Source: Tubiluchus corallicola (lineage: Eukaryota > Animalia > Priapulida). Taken from it: a DNA stretch of 64,000 bases. The notes below the pieces were generated by a model. The model did not search any database. It saw only the letters and a program-made list of their open reading frames with translations, and had not been told where the DNA came from. The position numbers and the translations under genes are program-made. The DNA lies in the NCBI GenBank assembly GCA_030141605.1, contig JAQGDQ010000071.1:475605-539604 (forward strand), given 5' to 3'. Below are positions 1 to 13,282 of the stretch, in pieces. The first letter of the stretch is position 1. Every line of letters begins with the position of its first letter.

Positions 1-692
1 TTTATATCCGTTTACTTAACCTAATTTTGTCTATGAAACGTCAATAGAAACGTTTTCGTCATCACTTTTAGCCCTTTGACAAAATCCGCGTCATTTGCAA
101 TATTGAAAGTCTAAGTCTATATGCAATATGCAATAGTTTAAGTGACAAGAACTTTTTCTTTTTTTCTCGTTTCATTATTTTATTGATGAAATAACTAATA
201 GTTGGTTTCACAATTTTTTCTCCTATAGTTATTTTATTCTTAATAAAATAAATCCAAATTGTATATCAAAATTAGGTTGTAAAAATACGCGGGAGTACAA
301 ATACTCAAGTTGTAAATCGAACGTACAAAATAAAGAAAATTATTTGACTGTTTATATAATTATTTATATCAGTCAAAAGTCAACATATGCAAGCTTCGCA
401 CTGTAAACGCAAATTACAAAACCTGACTGAAATTAATTTCGTGTATTAATCTTTTCTTAAATTGTAAAAATAACATTTAATTTTAAATAATCTAATTACT
501 ATTTTCCTACCAATAATAATAAATGTCGAAAAGCGAATATCTTTGGGATTAACGAATTAATCACCTAGAAAACTAAACATTATTACACAATGAAGCAAAT
601 TTTTATATATGTACGAAGACAGGTGTATAAACATTTTCGCACAAACGCCCTTTTAAAATATTTAAAAAACTAGTAGAGTGACAAAAACTTAC

Positions 693-772
693 CATGAATA
701 CGCACTCAAACTACAAAAAGATATTAAAAGCAGCGTTTCATGCAACACTTTTAAGTGTCGATATTTGCACAT
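693..772 (-). CDS. Possible first coding exon of a gene running off the left edge (MCKYRHLKVLHETLLLISFCSLSAYS..)
   Basis: Strong donor TG|gtaagt at 692, a candidate acceptor tttacag near 806 and an upstream donor at 929. No recognisable homology. Confidence 0.25.
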
Positions 773-2542
773 CGTAATTGTTCACAGATAATTAACTTCG
801 TTTTTCTGTAAATATTTTTTAACAAATTGATATTATCTTCTTCTGCTAATTAATCAACTTGATATCAGTTGTTTCTTTCACCTGATAAGAATCAACATGC
901 AATTTATCACCTACTGACACCCAACTTACCTGGACCAGAAGGAGGAGTCAGATACCTTCTTAACCAATCACGTCCTGGCGGCATTGATTAGAACAAAGGC
1001 AACACCTATCAATAACAAAAATAGCTGACGCCGATTCCATAAAGGCACGCTTTCAACTCACAGGTACGGCAGGTAAGTTGTTTTTGTATTGTTCCAGCAA
1101 AGAGCATCCTTTCCCTTTTTGACCGTATGGGTCTTTTGTCGGAATCTCGGCACCTTTGATGTTTACTTTATTATATATACCTGTACTATATGCTCACCAT
1201 ATTTTTGTCTCTTACGTAAAAAAATGGCCGTGTGTCATAGTCAGCTTTTGATATGATCAGAGCCACTGTTTATTAAATTTCTTATTGTAGTAATTATGTA
1301 GGCCTAAATGTAGCTTTGGTGGATTTTGATTTTAACTCTTATATTATACGTGATTACGTGCCTCAGTTACCCATTGTTAGTGTAGTTAAATATGTGGGCA
1401 TTCAACTTAACACAAAATCTTGCAGAGTAAATTTGTTAAAGTTCAAATATTTGTTTTATAATCCAGGTATAGTCATTTGAATTCGATTATAAATCACTTA
1501 CAAATTAATAAATTTTAAAAATTAAACTTGACTGAAAGGCAGAAAATGTGAAAAAGTCGAGATTGAGATTAGACTTATGCTTAAGCGTTACACCAGGCAA
1601 TCCTTAGGAACGTAGCAGATTTTAAATAATTATTAATGGCTCATAAGTTAATTATTAGTATTTAATCAATTACACATTGAATTAGTCTCTTAAAGTTCAC
1701 GTGTTTAGTAGTTGCTAAACTAATAGAATTAAACTAAGGCCTATCATGATCACAAGAAGCTTCATGATCTAGTGGACATAGCGTTCGATTTGTAATACAA
1801 AGGACCTCGGTTCAAATCCACGCTAAATTCTGACTAGTTCGCATTTTTCGGCCACGTGTTTTTATTTGTCAGAAACAGATTACAACTTTAATTTCTGTTG
1901 GAAGACCGCCCAGAGTCGCCATTGGGCTTGCTTAGAGCGATTTGTAAAAAAGTCTTTGTTTCAAAAACTCAGTAATTGCCATGTTGTTTTTCCTTGGGCA
2001 TATCATTTTATCAATAAAAATTTGCAAGTATCGTTCTGTATTAAATACAATTACACTATCCACTTTCTGTAATTATATGAACTATCCCTGTAATAATACA
2101 AGTGAAACCGCGTGCTCAGAATGGCACTTGATGGCAGGTGAGGAATACAAATTCAAAGAACCTCTTATCATAAAACAAAAGCTTCCCACATCGATTAGGA
2201 AAACTTAGATACCTCACTTGCTTACTTTTTCTTTTCTCTTTCTCAATAAGAGTATACTGTTTACAGTGATCTCTACGGTGCGCATCAAAGAATTAGCGAA
2301 TCTATCACGGTATTTTCTAAGCAATCACTTTCTAAGCAATGCACCCAAGTCTAAATATGGTTAAATTTCGCAAACCGTACAAAATTAATAATGCTGCTAC
2401 AGGTAAAATGAAAAAGCCATGTTTTTAATACGTAATTCATTTTTAATTACCTTGTGCACTGTGGGTGAACAATTTAAACTAAGACATAAGTTAGTTAGCT
2501 GCACTTATGATAAGAGCGTAAACATGCAGATGTAAATTGAAA

Positions 2543-2672
2543 ACACACACACACACACACATACACACACACGCACGCGAGCACACGCACTCCCGCATAC
2601 ATGCACACACGGACGGACGGACGCGCACGCGCACGCGCACGCACACGCACACACACACACGCACGCACACGC

Positions 2673-2748
<76 letters not shown>
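2543..2748. repeat. (CA)n/(CACG)n/(TA)n compound microsatellite
   Basis: Read directly from the sequence. Confidence 0.97.
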
Positions 2749-2749
<1 letters not shown>

Positions 2750-2976
2750 AACCTTTATTGTAGAAAATATACACTAGTACAGAGTGAAACAAATTACATC
2801 ATATATAAAATTAGTGTATAACCAGACAGTGACAGACTGATGAGTGCAATTGTGTCAGTCAGTTTAAGTTAAAAATCATAAGAATAAAAGCATTAAAATA
2901 CTACATTACATATCTACAAATTTGTCTATATGTAATATAATATTTTAATGTTTTTATTCTTATGATTTTTAACTTA
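2735..2976 (-). mobile_element. Short LINE 3' end (same family as 6795-7790) with fold-back palindrome
   Basis: Close similarity to 6800-6970, AATAAA next to the (TA)/(TG)n tract, and a 112-bp palindrome at 2865-2976. Confidence 0.7.
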
Positions 2977-3260
2977 GTGAAGCGTTTTAAATAAACAAAT
3001 AAATAAATAAATGACTTTTATGTTCCTGCTTTCTCATTCATGACTTTATCAAAACGTAGAAGTTCTTGCTGATTACAATACGCAGGTTTTCCTGTAATTG
3101 CTAAATTTTACCTGCATTGACAAACTTCAGCTAATTCAAGATGCACCTACAAGAGAAAAATACAAGCTAATCTGTCGCTTTGTAAATCAAGCAAAATAAT
3201 AAATAAAATTTAATTGAATAATGTTGTGTCTTTCATCTCTTCTTTACAGCAGAATAACTA

Positions 3261-3792
3261 TTAAAGTCACACTGCAATATTATTTTATGAGTAAAGATTT
3301 AGGTGTTGTTCACAGATTGCTCAAGTCTTACCTCTCCTTTATAAAATTACTAAAAAAACTGTATAGCTAAATGCTTGTCTTATCAGTATATTAAGAATTA
3401 TATTATTTAGTATTATTGTCAAAGTTAGTAGATTTGTTCTTAATCAATAAGCCTAGAAATAATGAAGTTGAACTCAAATCAAAATGTATTTAACTCCTGT
3501 TGTTGATTAATAGCATTATTAACCCAATGTGTTTTTATCATTTCATAACAATTTTGACCTGTATTTCACATAAAATCTAAATGCAATTTTTAGTTTAATC
3601 AAGACTGACCTTATTTTGTTGCCCGCTAATTAAACTACATGTATATTCTTTTCTCTGGATTATATGGAAAATGTCATAATTTTAAAAATTACTAATGTTT
3701 CCTAAATTAAACTGATAACATTAATGCCCACCAGTGTCTAAAAAATCTTTTTATCTATATTCGGTAAAGGATTGCAGTCTAGGTGACTTTAT
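3261..3792. mobile_element. Candidate MITE (Kolobok-like termini)
   Basis: Imperfect terminal inverted repeat ttaaagtcac-actgcaat ... attgcagt(ctag)gtgacttta. Confidence 0.4.
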
Positions 3793-4227
3793 AGTCTTTT
3801 CGCTATCCTTTCTCTAGTTCTAGATCTATCTATACATTTTAACCATTTTTCAAAACTTATTAGAGATTCTTTTATTAATCATGTTTTACTGTAACACTAT
3901 AAAGAGATAAAAAAGTTGAATTTGAATTGTGATATAGGACAGGTCTAATAGGAGCAGATGTCGTACAATGATATAATTTCAGCAAACATTCATAAGAAAA
4001 TTAGCCGAATAAATAATAGTTTGAAACCATGCTACACCAGTCAGTAATATATAAAGGATATGAAGAATATGATCCATATGCCAATATTATAATCTGCATT
4101 TATGGCACCACTGAAGTGTCATGTTATGCAGTCGGGTCGTTGTTCTTTTGAATGAATGCCAGTTTATGGACATTTAAGCAATCGAGCTGCTGACAAACTA
4201 AAGGACAAATGTCAGCAGCTAGAACTA

Positions 4228-4940
4228 TGATAAGATAAGATAAGATAAGATGATATTTATTTTCATCGGTATGATATAAACAGTACATATTTGTAAAACA
4301 TGAGCTTAAAGCTCGTAAACCGATATCAAACATAATGTATATGAGCGATAACATGGTAATAATATGTACTTCTTAAAATCTTTTGGATGCCACCAGAGGT
4401 ATTGGTACAAGAAAAATTTATAACTACATAAAAATTTTAGGCAGTAACATTTTCTAAAATTTACACAAAAAGCTATCCAGGTCAATAAAAAATTTTCCTG
4501 CCAACATTTCAGCATTTAATTACGACTTAACAAAATTGGGAAGTTCGCTGAATTTACAAATGGCACATTTACATGATACACCAGTCCATGACTTAATTAG
4601 ACGTTTAAATTCCCCAAGATTTTCGGCCATTCGGAGACAGTTTGGTAATTCATTCCACAATGTGGCTCCATAATAGGAGAAACTTTTCTTGCCATATGTA
4701 ACACCATCATATGTAGGGTGTTCTGCAGTGTTCATTTTTCTGAGGAAGTAGCGGTTTTGCTTTCGTTCCTCTCTATCAGTCCATAAAGATAGGACGGGCA
4801 GTTTTTGGACAAAATCTTGAATACTTCGATAGCAATGAGAAGTTGAAGAGACACAAAATTGTCTTTAAACAATAGATTTTCGTAGGTACTTTCAAAATCA
4901 GGTATGCTTTAGCTCCTTTCGACTGGCCTTCTTCCTTTAG
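4228..4940 (-). mobile_element. LINE 3' fragment with (TCTTA)n tail
   Basis: YGKKSFSYYGATLWNELP..FKRLIKSW..CxCxxC is typical of CR1/L2-group ORF2 ends. Tandem TAAGA repeats at 4230-4250. Confidence 0.8.
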
Positions 4941-5235
4941 CTTAGTTGATTAGCCCCGTCTTCATCTTTTTAGAAAACACATTTATCACAGTTTCACCAC
5001 CAACATCAAATGCTATACTCGAAAGCAGATCTAACTGGTAATAGCTATAGTTTTAGTTCCGCTTGATTGTGCCAAACCATATGATCAGAATCAGCGTGCT
5101 TCCTCAAACGATACTTTCCTTCCAGCGAATTTCTCAACTCCCGTGCGCCATCTGCCGGCAGAAGTCGAAAAAATTTCGCGCATGCTGCAGGTATATTGAA
5201 GCTGCCTTGCTTTGCGAATTGCTGAAAATGAAGCT

Positions 5236-5249
5236 GTTTCCGTGGCAAC
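5236..5249. promoter_or_regulatory. RFX X-box-like motif GTTTCCGTGGCAAC in a GC-richer island
   Basis: Matches the X-box palindrome. A donor AAG|gtaggc follows at 5414. Confidence 0.3.
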
Positions 5250-5921
5250 GGCAAGGTGCGTGTTGGTGTGATCGCGTAGGGAATTACATTATTCCCGTTT
5301 TGGTTTGGTTATTGTTGTATGATATATGACAAAAAATGCAATAATGCTGATGAGCTTTTGTCACTTTAGTGAATTAACGGCCAAAACATGAAATGCAACA
5401 ATTTGCTTATAAAGGTAGGCATTGTTTTGTGTCTAAAAATTCTTTTTATTCTTAAAGTTTTATTCTTATTCTTTGTACATAGTCATGTCCTTGTAATTAT
5501 TGTTATCATAAATTCGGTATTAATTGTAATTACTACCAGGGTTTGTCTCGGTGTACTCGCGTTACAAAAGTACGTATCATTTAGCTCAAGAAATAAAATT
5601 TGATTGCCTTATATAACCACTAGTACGCTTTACTATGTGTTTAAAGCATTTGGATTAAACATGAAAAGGTTAAAAGTTTGTTAGTTTCGCATTAATAAAT
5701 GCGCAAATTCACATTAACTACGAAGTAGGCTTATGAAAACCAAAAAAATACACTTGGATATGAATATGGGCTCTTTTTACAAGTCCAAGCATTTTGGCTC
5801 GACACAAAGTCTTAAATCCATGATACGGTATCACATATATTCGCTACTTTATGAACTATAGGCCTACAGTATCATTCACTTTCCGATTGGTTTCAGAGCT
5901 ACATTTGTTTTAATTAATCAT

Positions 5922-6304
5922 TAGGGGTGAGCATCGAACGTTCGAGTTCGAACTCGATTCGAATCCAAAACTGTAGATTCAAATAATTCAGCACTTCAAT
6001 CACATATGTTCCTGATCACTAAAACGATTGAAACAACATGCAATTAGCGTAATTTAGCAGTGATTTCTGTGCACAATTTTAAACAAATTACTAGTCGTTT
6101 TATTGCAGAACAAAATCTAGTGATACACATGATCTTTGTAAGACTAATTTTTACTGGTGGTTCGAAAACTTGTTCGAAAATCATTCAATCTCAATTCGAC
6201 TTCAGTTCGAATTTGAAACACTGAAGTTCGGTTAGATTCGAATTCGAAAGTCAGAAATTCGGTTCGATTCGAATTCGCTTTCTGGTAGAGAATGCTCACC
6301 CCTA
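5922..6304. mobile_element. hAT-type MITE
   Basis: Perfect 13-bp TIR TAGGGGTGAGCAT, 8-bp TSD ttaatcat/ttaatcac, and subterminal TTCGA repeats. Confidence 0.88.
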
Positions 6305-6794
6305 TTAATCACAAGCTGCTGCCTGCGCGTAGTGATTTAAGATGTTACACTCGTGACCAAAAGGTCGCCAGTTCAAATCCAAATTCAGTCAGGACTTTTA
6401 TATTTCTTTCCTTCAGTTAAGTTTGTTCCAAAATTTTAACAACCTTACCTTTGCTGCATAAGTTTTGATAATCTTTAAACTGTGATCGTAGACAGTAAAA
6501 AATTGTTTATTTACTAAATAAACATCAACACAAAACTAACAGCTGAACAGCTTACGTACTTAGTGAACTTTTTAAGAAAATCAACATTTTCATTATCAGT
6601 CATTTGCAGGTTACCAATTAATGCGATTATCTGAGGATATAAAAATGTTATAAAATTTGTTACATGATGGATTATTTATCATACAGAAGATGTTTTTGAA
6701 GTTCCAAAAAAAATTCAAAACTGTATATGTTAAACATATTAGAAACATCAGAATTGATATAAAGTAAGAATGATGAATTTCATTTATCTTTTTC

Positions 6795-7790
6795 ATTTAT
6801 ATATACACTGGTACAGAGTAAAGCATTTTACATCATACATAAAATCAGTGTACAACCAGTCAGTGACAGACTGATGTACACTATGTACAGTTGTGTCAGT
6901 CAGTCTAAGTTAAAAATCATAAGAATAAAAACATTAAAATACAACATTACATAACTACAAATTTATCTACATGACGACATGATAGTGACTTATGAAATAT
7001 GGTAAATTTTAATATTTTTTGATACTTTTTGCTACTTTTTGCCATGCAAGTTTCCGTATGAGTCGCATATTTTTATAGTATAGACACTTATATTATGATG
7101 AATTTGTGAGTCTAGAGCGTTATGCGTTTTTGATATTCTCAATTATTGATGAATTCTACTTTATCGCTTTTATGTAAGGGTCTTTTGTGAGTTAGCAGTT
7201 TGTTTTTAGTTCTGTTTTAAACGTTGTTAATCCGTCTTTTGATTTTCTACTTAAGAGTGCTGAATTCCATAAGTTGATTTTTGTTTTGCTTATCGAATTG
7301 TGTCCATATTTTTTGTAAGTAACTGTTTTAGATTATAGGTGCGTTCGTTTTTATGTTTATCGGGGTAAATAATAAACCATTTTCTTTGAAAACTGGAATT
7401 ATATCATTTATATATTTAAATAGAAATATTAAGGAATGGTAATAAATGTTTGATTCTATATTGGGTATTCTTAATTTTTTTCTATTAGTGGCTGAGTACA
7501 TATGGTGTTAATTTATTTTCTTAGAAAAGTGGCCTAGTACATGTTTGAGCGCATAATTTTGAGTTGTATCTAGTCTACCTGTTTGGGTTTAGAAATGTTT
7601 TCAAGTAGATGGCAGCCATAAGTTAAATGAGGCATTATTAATCTTTTGTATATTAGTAGTTTGATTTCAATAGTAACTTTGGTATCAATAATAAGCTGTT
7701 TAAATATTAAACGTTCCCCAGCTTCCTCAATTCCAGAGCTCTCTGTTCTATTTTTGTTTAAATTTAATTTTGCTTTCAATGCGATCTTGA
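6795..7790 (-). mobile_element. Degraded LINE 3' portion
   Basis: A KLLIYKRLIMPHLTYGC remnant. Its 3' UTR (about 6800-6970) recurs at about 2765-2925. Confidence 0.7.
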
Positions 7791-8846
7791 CTTAAAGAAG
7801 CTGGTGTCCAAAAATAACAATGAAAATTATTACACATAGTTTTTGTCAATTTTTTTTGTCATAAAGATGTAATATATTTTGTTTCAATGTATGCAATATT
7901 AATTGATTGCACTACAGCCCAACAATGATAATGGTTATTACTGTGTGAGTAAAACTAGTAATTTTCTCTTAATAATTTGCTGTCCAAAAATTTAGATATA
8001 TAAAAATTTAGCTGAAAGGAAGATGACAGTTATAAGGCAACGACATTTTATATAACTGCTCGTGGACCAAGTGTGTTACATACCAGGTAATCAAATTTAA
8101 AAACAAATAAAACTAATAAACCATTAAATGGTCATAACCGTGGTAAAATCAGTGCAAAGGTACAACCCCGGATGATAAATGGACAATTTGTCAAAAACGA
8201 ACATTTAATGACGTTTTCAGTAAGTAGGTAAACGCAAAGAAAAGCAGCAGCTAATATATTTTATTCTATACAATTTTATGCTGTGTATAGTTTTTAGGCC
8301 ACGCCTATGTAGGGTATAATTATATTGCAGTTCGGTTAATTACAAGTTTAGCAAGTTACATGCTGTACTTCTACTTGCAGTATTATTTATGATAATTGTC
8401 CATAATAACAAATGTATTGCAAATGACAGCATAATGCTGCTTACCATCAACAAAGCTACAACGCTGGAATTATGAATCTGTTGTGTAACAGCTATGCAAT
8501 ACACACTGCCAAAGACAAACACTTGCTGGTTACAGGTTATAATAATAAATAAAGAATAACCCATTCTTCAAGTTTCACTCGTTTTTCACTGTCATTTTCT
8601 GTTAATCTACCCAGCAATAACCCTAAATTACATGAGTCAGAGACACGTAGGGGTTTTTGCTTTTCTAGGCCAACGAATGCAGATCATTTTACCTAGATTA
8701 TGACTGAGTAACACATTGTAGCCAATCTAGGTACTATTTAGTAATATTGTGCAATTTTTAAATGTTAGTTTGGACTTTAGAATACCCGTATGAATTAAGA
8801 CAGCTAAATTAAGTAGCGCTGTAAATAAACTTGCAAGAAAAATATA

Positions 8847-8920
8847 TGGCCAGTACGGGGGTCGAACCCGCGACCTTAGCGTTATTAGCACCACGCTCTA
8901 ACCGACTGAGCTAACCGGCC
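8847..8920 (-). tRNA. tRNA-Ile-AAT: tRNA-Ile (anticodon AAT)
   Basis: The reverse complement reads GGCCGGTTAGCTCAGTCGGTTAGAGCGTGGTGCTAATAACGCTAAGGTCGCGGGTTCGACCCCCGTACTGGCCA. It forms a full cloverleaf with A and B boxes, and a TTTTT Pol III terminator lies a few nt downstream. Confidence 0.96.
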
Positions 8921-9800
8921 AAGTATACTAACAGGAAAGCAATAAAACTTGCTGAAACATCGCTTACTAACAGATAGCAGTGCACATGCGCTTTCGCAAT
9001 ATGTACTATGCGCAGAATCATTGTACAGAATTTATATCGCTCCCCGCGACCTACGTCGCTGGTTGTTCAGCTATTTACTAAAAATTGTTCTTGCATAGTG
9101 GCTGCAGTAATCGCTAGCCACTGGCAAATGTTACATTTACTGTGTTAATTATTAAGCTAATAATTTATTGTAGCTAACTACGTAGTGTGTTCAAATATTA
9201 TCATATAAGAAGTTTTAACTTTCTTAAAAGAATTATTAATAATTTTTATACGATTCGGCACACTTGTTCAAAGCCAAAATTCAGCATTTAGTCTAAGTTA
9301 GGTATAAGTGCTTTCAGTGCACTGTTCCTGCGACATAGGCCTATTAATTGTATTTATAGGCCTAATTATATTACTAAATCGAATAACAGTCAATAACAGT
9401 TCTGTGTATAACAATATAGGTACTACCTGGTACATACAAAAGAAACAAAACTGAATTAAACGTTTATGAGAAAATAATTACCAAATGTCACGTCACTAGT
9501 TTAAACAGACAGAAGCACAAGTAAATAAAAAAGAAATCTGTAAAAAAAAATAACAAAAAACTTTGTTAAAGGCTAGTAATGAAAATTAATAAACCTATGC
9601 AAAAACCGTGATAAATGAAAGAGGAAAACAGGGAAGGCAAAACGAAAAAACGGCACCTATGAAGTGGTACTTTTTTCTGTCGTATTTATTCGAGATAATT
9701 ACACTGATATAGGAACAAATTTTCAAGTTTCACTCACAATTATCAACATAACTTATCTTGCCTATTTTAAATTTTTCTAGTGCTGATGACACCATGACGG

Positions 9801-10092
9801 CATAGGCGAACGGGCCGATTTTTTCAGGAGGGAGGGTAAGCCACTTTTGCCGGAAAAATTCAGGGTCACCTCCGCGTCGGGAATTGCCTCACCACACCCC
9901 ATGATAAAAAAATGTCCGAATTTCGGGCACTTCATTTGGCAGCATGGAGAAATTGCGAGATTTCCTTTTATGAAAAATATTATTTTATAGTAATTTCGGT
10001 GCCCGAAAAAAATGTGTTTGCCCGAATCCGGGCGGGGGAGGCTGCAGACAAACAGCCACCCCCCACCCCCAACCCTTGCTCGTGCACGTCGG
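9801..10092. mobile_element. Degenerate MITE
   Basis: CATAGGCG.ACG start, a CGTGCACGTC-like end, internal GCCCGAA repeats and G/C runs. Confidence 0.45.
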
Positions 10093-10912
10093 CTGTATTG
10101 TTTAAGAATTTTGTGTTAAGCCAATGATACACGGCCGCCACAAGACAAACCGGCAGACGTCGGCCGTGATAAAATGACCGCCCAAATTAGACTACATTAA
10201 TTTCAAATCAAAGATGAAACGCGGAGTTTATGGAAGTGGCCGTGAAGACAGCAGCCGTTCTAAAACAGAAATGAGTTCTATTTTGTACAGTATGCACCAG
10301 CCGGCCAAGGGTTTTATCCAATCAGGGATCAGTATTCCAGCATTGGTTTTTGCTTTTCCCGCGACGTATTGTAACACGGTATGCATGAATGCTGTACGTA
10401 TAATAGATAGATGGTTTATGTTAAGTGAATTTAACTTAAGCCTGAAGAATACTTGCATCATGCATTTAACAGAAGCCATGTAACCATTTAAACTTGATTT
10501 AATAAGTTCACTATTTTACTTGACAAAAATTCCGCAGTTTTTAGCGTAACCTTATGCAACGGTTCAATACTATGCAAGATGTATTTCCGTTTTTCCCACT
10601 TAAATTGTAATGTGATGGTCGATATCAGAAAACTTCAGAATTTTTCAAAAACCAAACCGAATCGCGGATGTATGGCTGAATTTCAGTAGACTCCGGGCCA
10701 AATCAGGAGGATGGCAACCCTAGCAGTGATACAAAAATTGAACTTAAAAAACAAGATAACCCACTAAACAATTGATTATAGATCTAAATTTCAACGTTAA
10801 AACACTACCCATGAGTACTTAAAACTAAACAGTGACGAAATGTTTGGCTGTACGGTCGTCATTAATGCTGCGCTCCCTTCTACACGGACGGCTGCGTATC
10901 AGATCTTTCGTT

Positions 10913-12580
10913 AGTTTGATTGAATGATTGAATATCTTTATTGACATAAACATATGATAATAACGATGTAATAATTCATGTGTTAATTAATACTGTAAAA
11001 TGTTATTAAAGCTGTTTCCAGCCCACTTGGGCTTACAAGTCAATTTCATGAAAATTTATCACATAATAACTGTGCAGTTCATTTACATAGAATATCAAAT
11101 AAAAGAATATATATAATATGGAATTTTAACATATACCTGAATGGACAAGTCATGTATTAAATATATATCTTGCTTTGCCTCATTCTAAAAATCTTATAAG
11201 CATATTTTGCAGTCCTAAGGACATTCTCTTCTGACATAATATATTTCCATTTATTTACATTATCTAATTGTTCCGGGTCCATGTTAATATCTTGGAAAAA
11301 TTCTTCTCTCTCTAGTCTATAATGTGTACAAACAAACATAAAGTGAGATTCATCTTCTACATCTCCACAGCAACATATCTTACACAAACGTTCACCAACC
11401 TTAACATTTCTAAACCTACCATGCTCCAGTTCCAGGGGAAGAGTACCACTTCTTAGCTTTGCAAGCACAGACCTGTATTTTCCTTGCATATTAATATAAA
11501 CATATGGTTCTACTCCAAAGCTGTTCTTATACAATATATATGTTCTAAGTTTAGGGTAATCTGCATTTTTTGCTTTCCAATCAACACATTGTTTCTCATA
11601 CAGCTGTGCCCATGCTCTGCTAAGAGGTACAGTATCCATATTAACAAAAGCTTGCTGGAACCCTGCTTCCTCTAGGACTTTAGAAATTTCATATGACCAA
11701 CCAACGTTGGTATTACAGTCCCAAAGAAATATTCTCTTAACAAGTCTAGAATTATCAAGTGTTAAAAGACGATTCCAATACCTTATCATAGATGACTTTC
11801 TTCTAACTGAAGATGGTGACCATCCCATATCACCCTGTATACATTGATTAGCAGCAAAATTATGAACACCAAGAAATATTCTTAATGCCTTATTCTGGAC
11901 AGTATCAATTTTAGGGTACTTGTTATATCCCCATACTTCTGAACCATAATCAAGTATAGGACATACACCTGCATTGAATAACTTAGTAAAAGAATAATAA
12001 CCCAGCCCATTTAACTTTTTATATTTACCAATCAAGGCATCCAGTGCTCTACTGCCTGAGTCTGCCAGTACTAGTGCTGTAACCTTATAATCTAAATGTT
12101 CATTAAGATAAATCCCCAGATACTTATACCTATCTACAGTGCTCAAAATCTGATCACTAAGTTTAAATAGTACATCAGTTTGATTCACTTGGGGTTTTCT
12201 GAAATGGACAACATTTGACTTTTTACTGTTAAATTTGATTCTCCATTTCTTTCCCCACTCAGTGATCTTATCTAACATTTTCTGAAGATCTTCTTCAGAT
12301 TCTGCTAAAATTACAACGTCATCAGCATACATTAAAATACAAATCTTATCATTACCAACAGGAATACCAATATTTAGGGACTTTACATCATCTGCCATAT
12401 CATTTATATACCAGCTGAACAGGGTTGGTGACAAAGTGTCTCCCTGCCTGACACCATATTCACATTTAAATTTATCAGTGAGGATACCATTTAGATTCAC
12501 AGCACTATAGGTATCTGAAAGAATATTCTTAATGCTGCTATACATTTTGCCATCCACTATTACATGTTAGTAATAAAATA
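10913..12580 (-). mobile_element. 5'-truncated non-LTR retrotransposon (CR1/L2-group LINE) with an intact 466-aa RT C-terminal ORF (11157-12557)
   Basis: GVRQGDTLSPTLF, YADD, YKYLG and a C-terminal CxxC..EDESHFMFVC. The 3' UTR has AATAAA and a (TCAA)-like tail at about 10915-10935. Confidence 0.93.
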
Positions 12581-13227
12581 ATTTGTTCGTAATTTGTCTG
12601 TATTAAAGGAATAGCTGGTATTCAACATAGGGCAGATCCAGACTGCTACTTGTTGCAGAGCCAGAATTCAGACCACACCTGTTTGTCAAGGATAAACCTG
12701 TGAGACGAGATAGTGAAAAAATACAGGTAAGTAATTCTACCTCTGCCTGCATAATCAGATGCACACCGTGGATGTCTCTACGACTTAACCAGACTAGGTC
12801 CCTCAACGACTTAGCGAGAGAAATAACCTGCGAATGGCGCATCATTTTACTAAATAGGTCGAGTTCTATGACTGCTTAACCATGGCTTCGCATTATCTAC
12901 GAAGCTCCATTTAACCATTATTATTGCCCTAAACATAGTCTGTTAATTTATTCATTATGATTCATAGAATCGGTTAGTAGATTATATTGATATTAAAGCA
13001 TGTTTTTTGGTATCTGTGAGAAATTCACGAATCCCACTTCAAACTTTTCAAGCTAATGAACATAAATAAATCAAAGTTCTTGTAACGCGTTTTCATCATT
13101 GATGGTTGCACAAATCATGTTGATGTCAGATAGCAACACTTAACAAGTATGTCAGATAACTTAATTAATAAACATTTTCATTGTGGTAGTTCTGTAGATT
13201 GCTGATGCCGATAGCTTAGCCTTCAAG

Positions 13228-13282
13228 ATGTTTGACAAGAAAGTTGCTTTGTGTCTAACATTGTCCATTCTCTGGCTGCAAA
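13228..13282 (+). CDS. Ly6/uPAR three-finger protein, coding exon 1 (signal peptide MFDKKVALCLTLSILWLQ)
   Basis: ATG at 13228, a hydrophobic leader, and a phase-1 donor A|gtaagt at 13283 that joins exon 2 in frame. A possible upstream UTR exon has donor CAG|gtaagt near 12726 and acceptor ctgtag at 13197. Confidence 0.8.

Noticed and set aside
924-960. U1 snRNA-like start ACTTACCTGG
   Set aside because: Similarity does not extend into U1 stem-loops or an Sm site. It is better explained as a minus-strand splice donor.
8340-8564. 74-aa hydrophobic ORF downstream of the tRNA
   Set aside because: No recognisable motif or exon partners. Hydrophobic ORFs arise readily in T-rich DNA.
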